Assembly (NCBI GenBank): GCA_030390025.1
Contig: CM059432.1
Location: forward strand, 51,648,001 to 51,712,000
Direction: 5' to 3'
Origin: Squalus acanthias
Lineage: Eukaryota
Length of the DNA stretch: 64,000 bases
A model generated the notes under the pieces. It was not told the DNA's origin, searched no databases, and worked only from the letters and a program-made list of their open reading frames with translations. A program made the position numbers and the translations under genes. Position 1 is the stretch's first letter. Each line of letters starts with the position of its first letter. This document shows, one piece after another, positions 62,909 through 64,000 of this stretch.

Positions 62909-63529
62909 ACCCATATGGTTTTATATAGTTTAGAATCGTTTGTAGCATTATTCTAATTGCAGTGAAGGAGATACTTTTCCCATTGCAGAGCCATAGTATA
63001 AAATGTGATATAAATAAGATTGTCTGACATACATAATCCAAATAGTTACTTTCCCTGTGATACAGATCAGCAGCTGTTGCCAAGCATTATCAACACAGTT
63101 GAATTGCTAGAAGCCAGCAGCGTGCGTAGGCAGCTGAATGGATGGAGGAAGTTTGACCTGAACTGGAGTGAGTGAGTGGGTAAGTATTAAATTATGTGTT
63201 TTGATGAGTTAGCTGTTAAATGGGGTTTATTTTGGAAATATAAATGGGGCTGATTTGTTTGACAAGCTATCTATTTATTAAGTAAGAAAGTAGTGGAGAC
63301 AGGATGCGATTTTTCATTGATTTGACTGTTTAAAATTGGCACCTGTGTTTGAATTGGTTGTTTCCGTTCATTGTTTGAGTGAATTTATGGAGATTGTACA
63401 TGTGAGAGGCAATCAATTTGCAAGAGACCAGCAGAGTGAAAAGGCAGCTGATTGAGCAGAGGGAGTTTGGCCTAAAACTGGAGCTCAACACTGAAATGTA
63501 GTTTGCTTGAAATGACTTTCAGTTACGTA

Positions 63530-64000
63530 GGGCTGGATATTAGCTCAGAGGCAGGGAGGGAGCAGGGGTGCTGTTGTTAACTGCAGGACCGCTTTTAATT
63601 TCTTTCTGTAGGTTTCCCGCCCACAGTAAGCCTGATTGACAGGCTGGCTGCTTGTAGGATGGGAAAACTTGCAACACAAGGCCGCAGCTGAGCTGGGCTG
63701 AAAGCAGGTAGGTCTAGTGGGGGTTGGTGTGGAAGAGATGGGAGGGGTCTGATCACAGTGGGGGGAGCAGACAGATCGCGGTTTCCTGGGAGCTTGTTGG
63801 GCCTGGAGGAAACACTCCTGCTCCTCCTTGCCCACAAGCAGTGCTGTAAAGGTGGATTCAGCCCTTCTCGCCTCCTTTCACCTGCTGGGTTTCCAAAGGC
63901 ACAAGAACCCCAGCCAACTGTGGTTAAAAATAGAACCACTGTTAAAATGAAGGCATGCAGCCTCATTAAAATAATTAAATGACCAACCCGCCTCCTGCGA
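63530..64000 (+). mobile_element. Family D relative, runs off the window end
   Basis: Starts GGGCTGGATATTAGCTCAGAGGCAGGGAG (compare 59960-59978). Ends GCAGCCTCATTAAAATA...CAACCCGCCTCCTGCGA (compare 60735-60779). Confidence 0.75.

Noticed and set aside
63066..63167. 102-nt open candidate coding exon (QQLLPSIINTVELLEASSVRRQLNGWRKFDLNW)
   Set aside because: Unrecognised peptide, weak acceptor, and most of it is one copy of a local diverged repeat.

Overview
Eukaryotic, repeat-dense DNA with no recognisable host protein-coding exon. The repeat inventory points to a cartilaginous fish (shark) intron or intergenic region (inference): many CR1 and L2 LINE fragments, Deu-domain and other tRNA-derived SINEs, Penelope-like remnants, old L1-like remnants, and many PIF/Harbinger transposons with their MITEs. 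Most ORFs in the track are retrotransposon RT pieces, Harbinger transposase or Myb/SANT pieces, or noise. Most notable: (1) a perfect 85-bp inverted repeat in otherwise unique DNA (37221-37305 / 37702-37786), whose right arm lies inside a candidate minus-strand non-coding exon; (2) two core-intact and one truncated minimal hammerhead ribozyme motifs in Penelope-like 3' ends; (3) Harbinger-derived MITE families whose internal hairpins keep their pairing through compensatory changes and which carry convergent splice donors; (4) four Harbinger Myb/SANT gene remnants with a shared exon layout, and one transposase copy in which all conserved acidic residues are substituted. All family assignments come from visual motif recognition, not database searches. 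Boundaries of degenerate elements are approximate.
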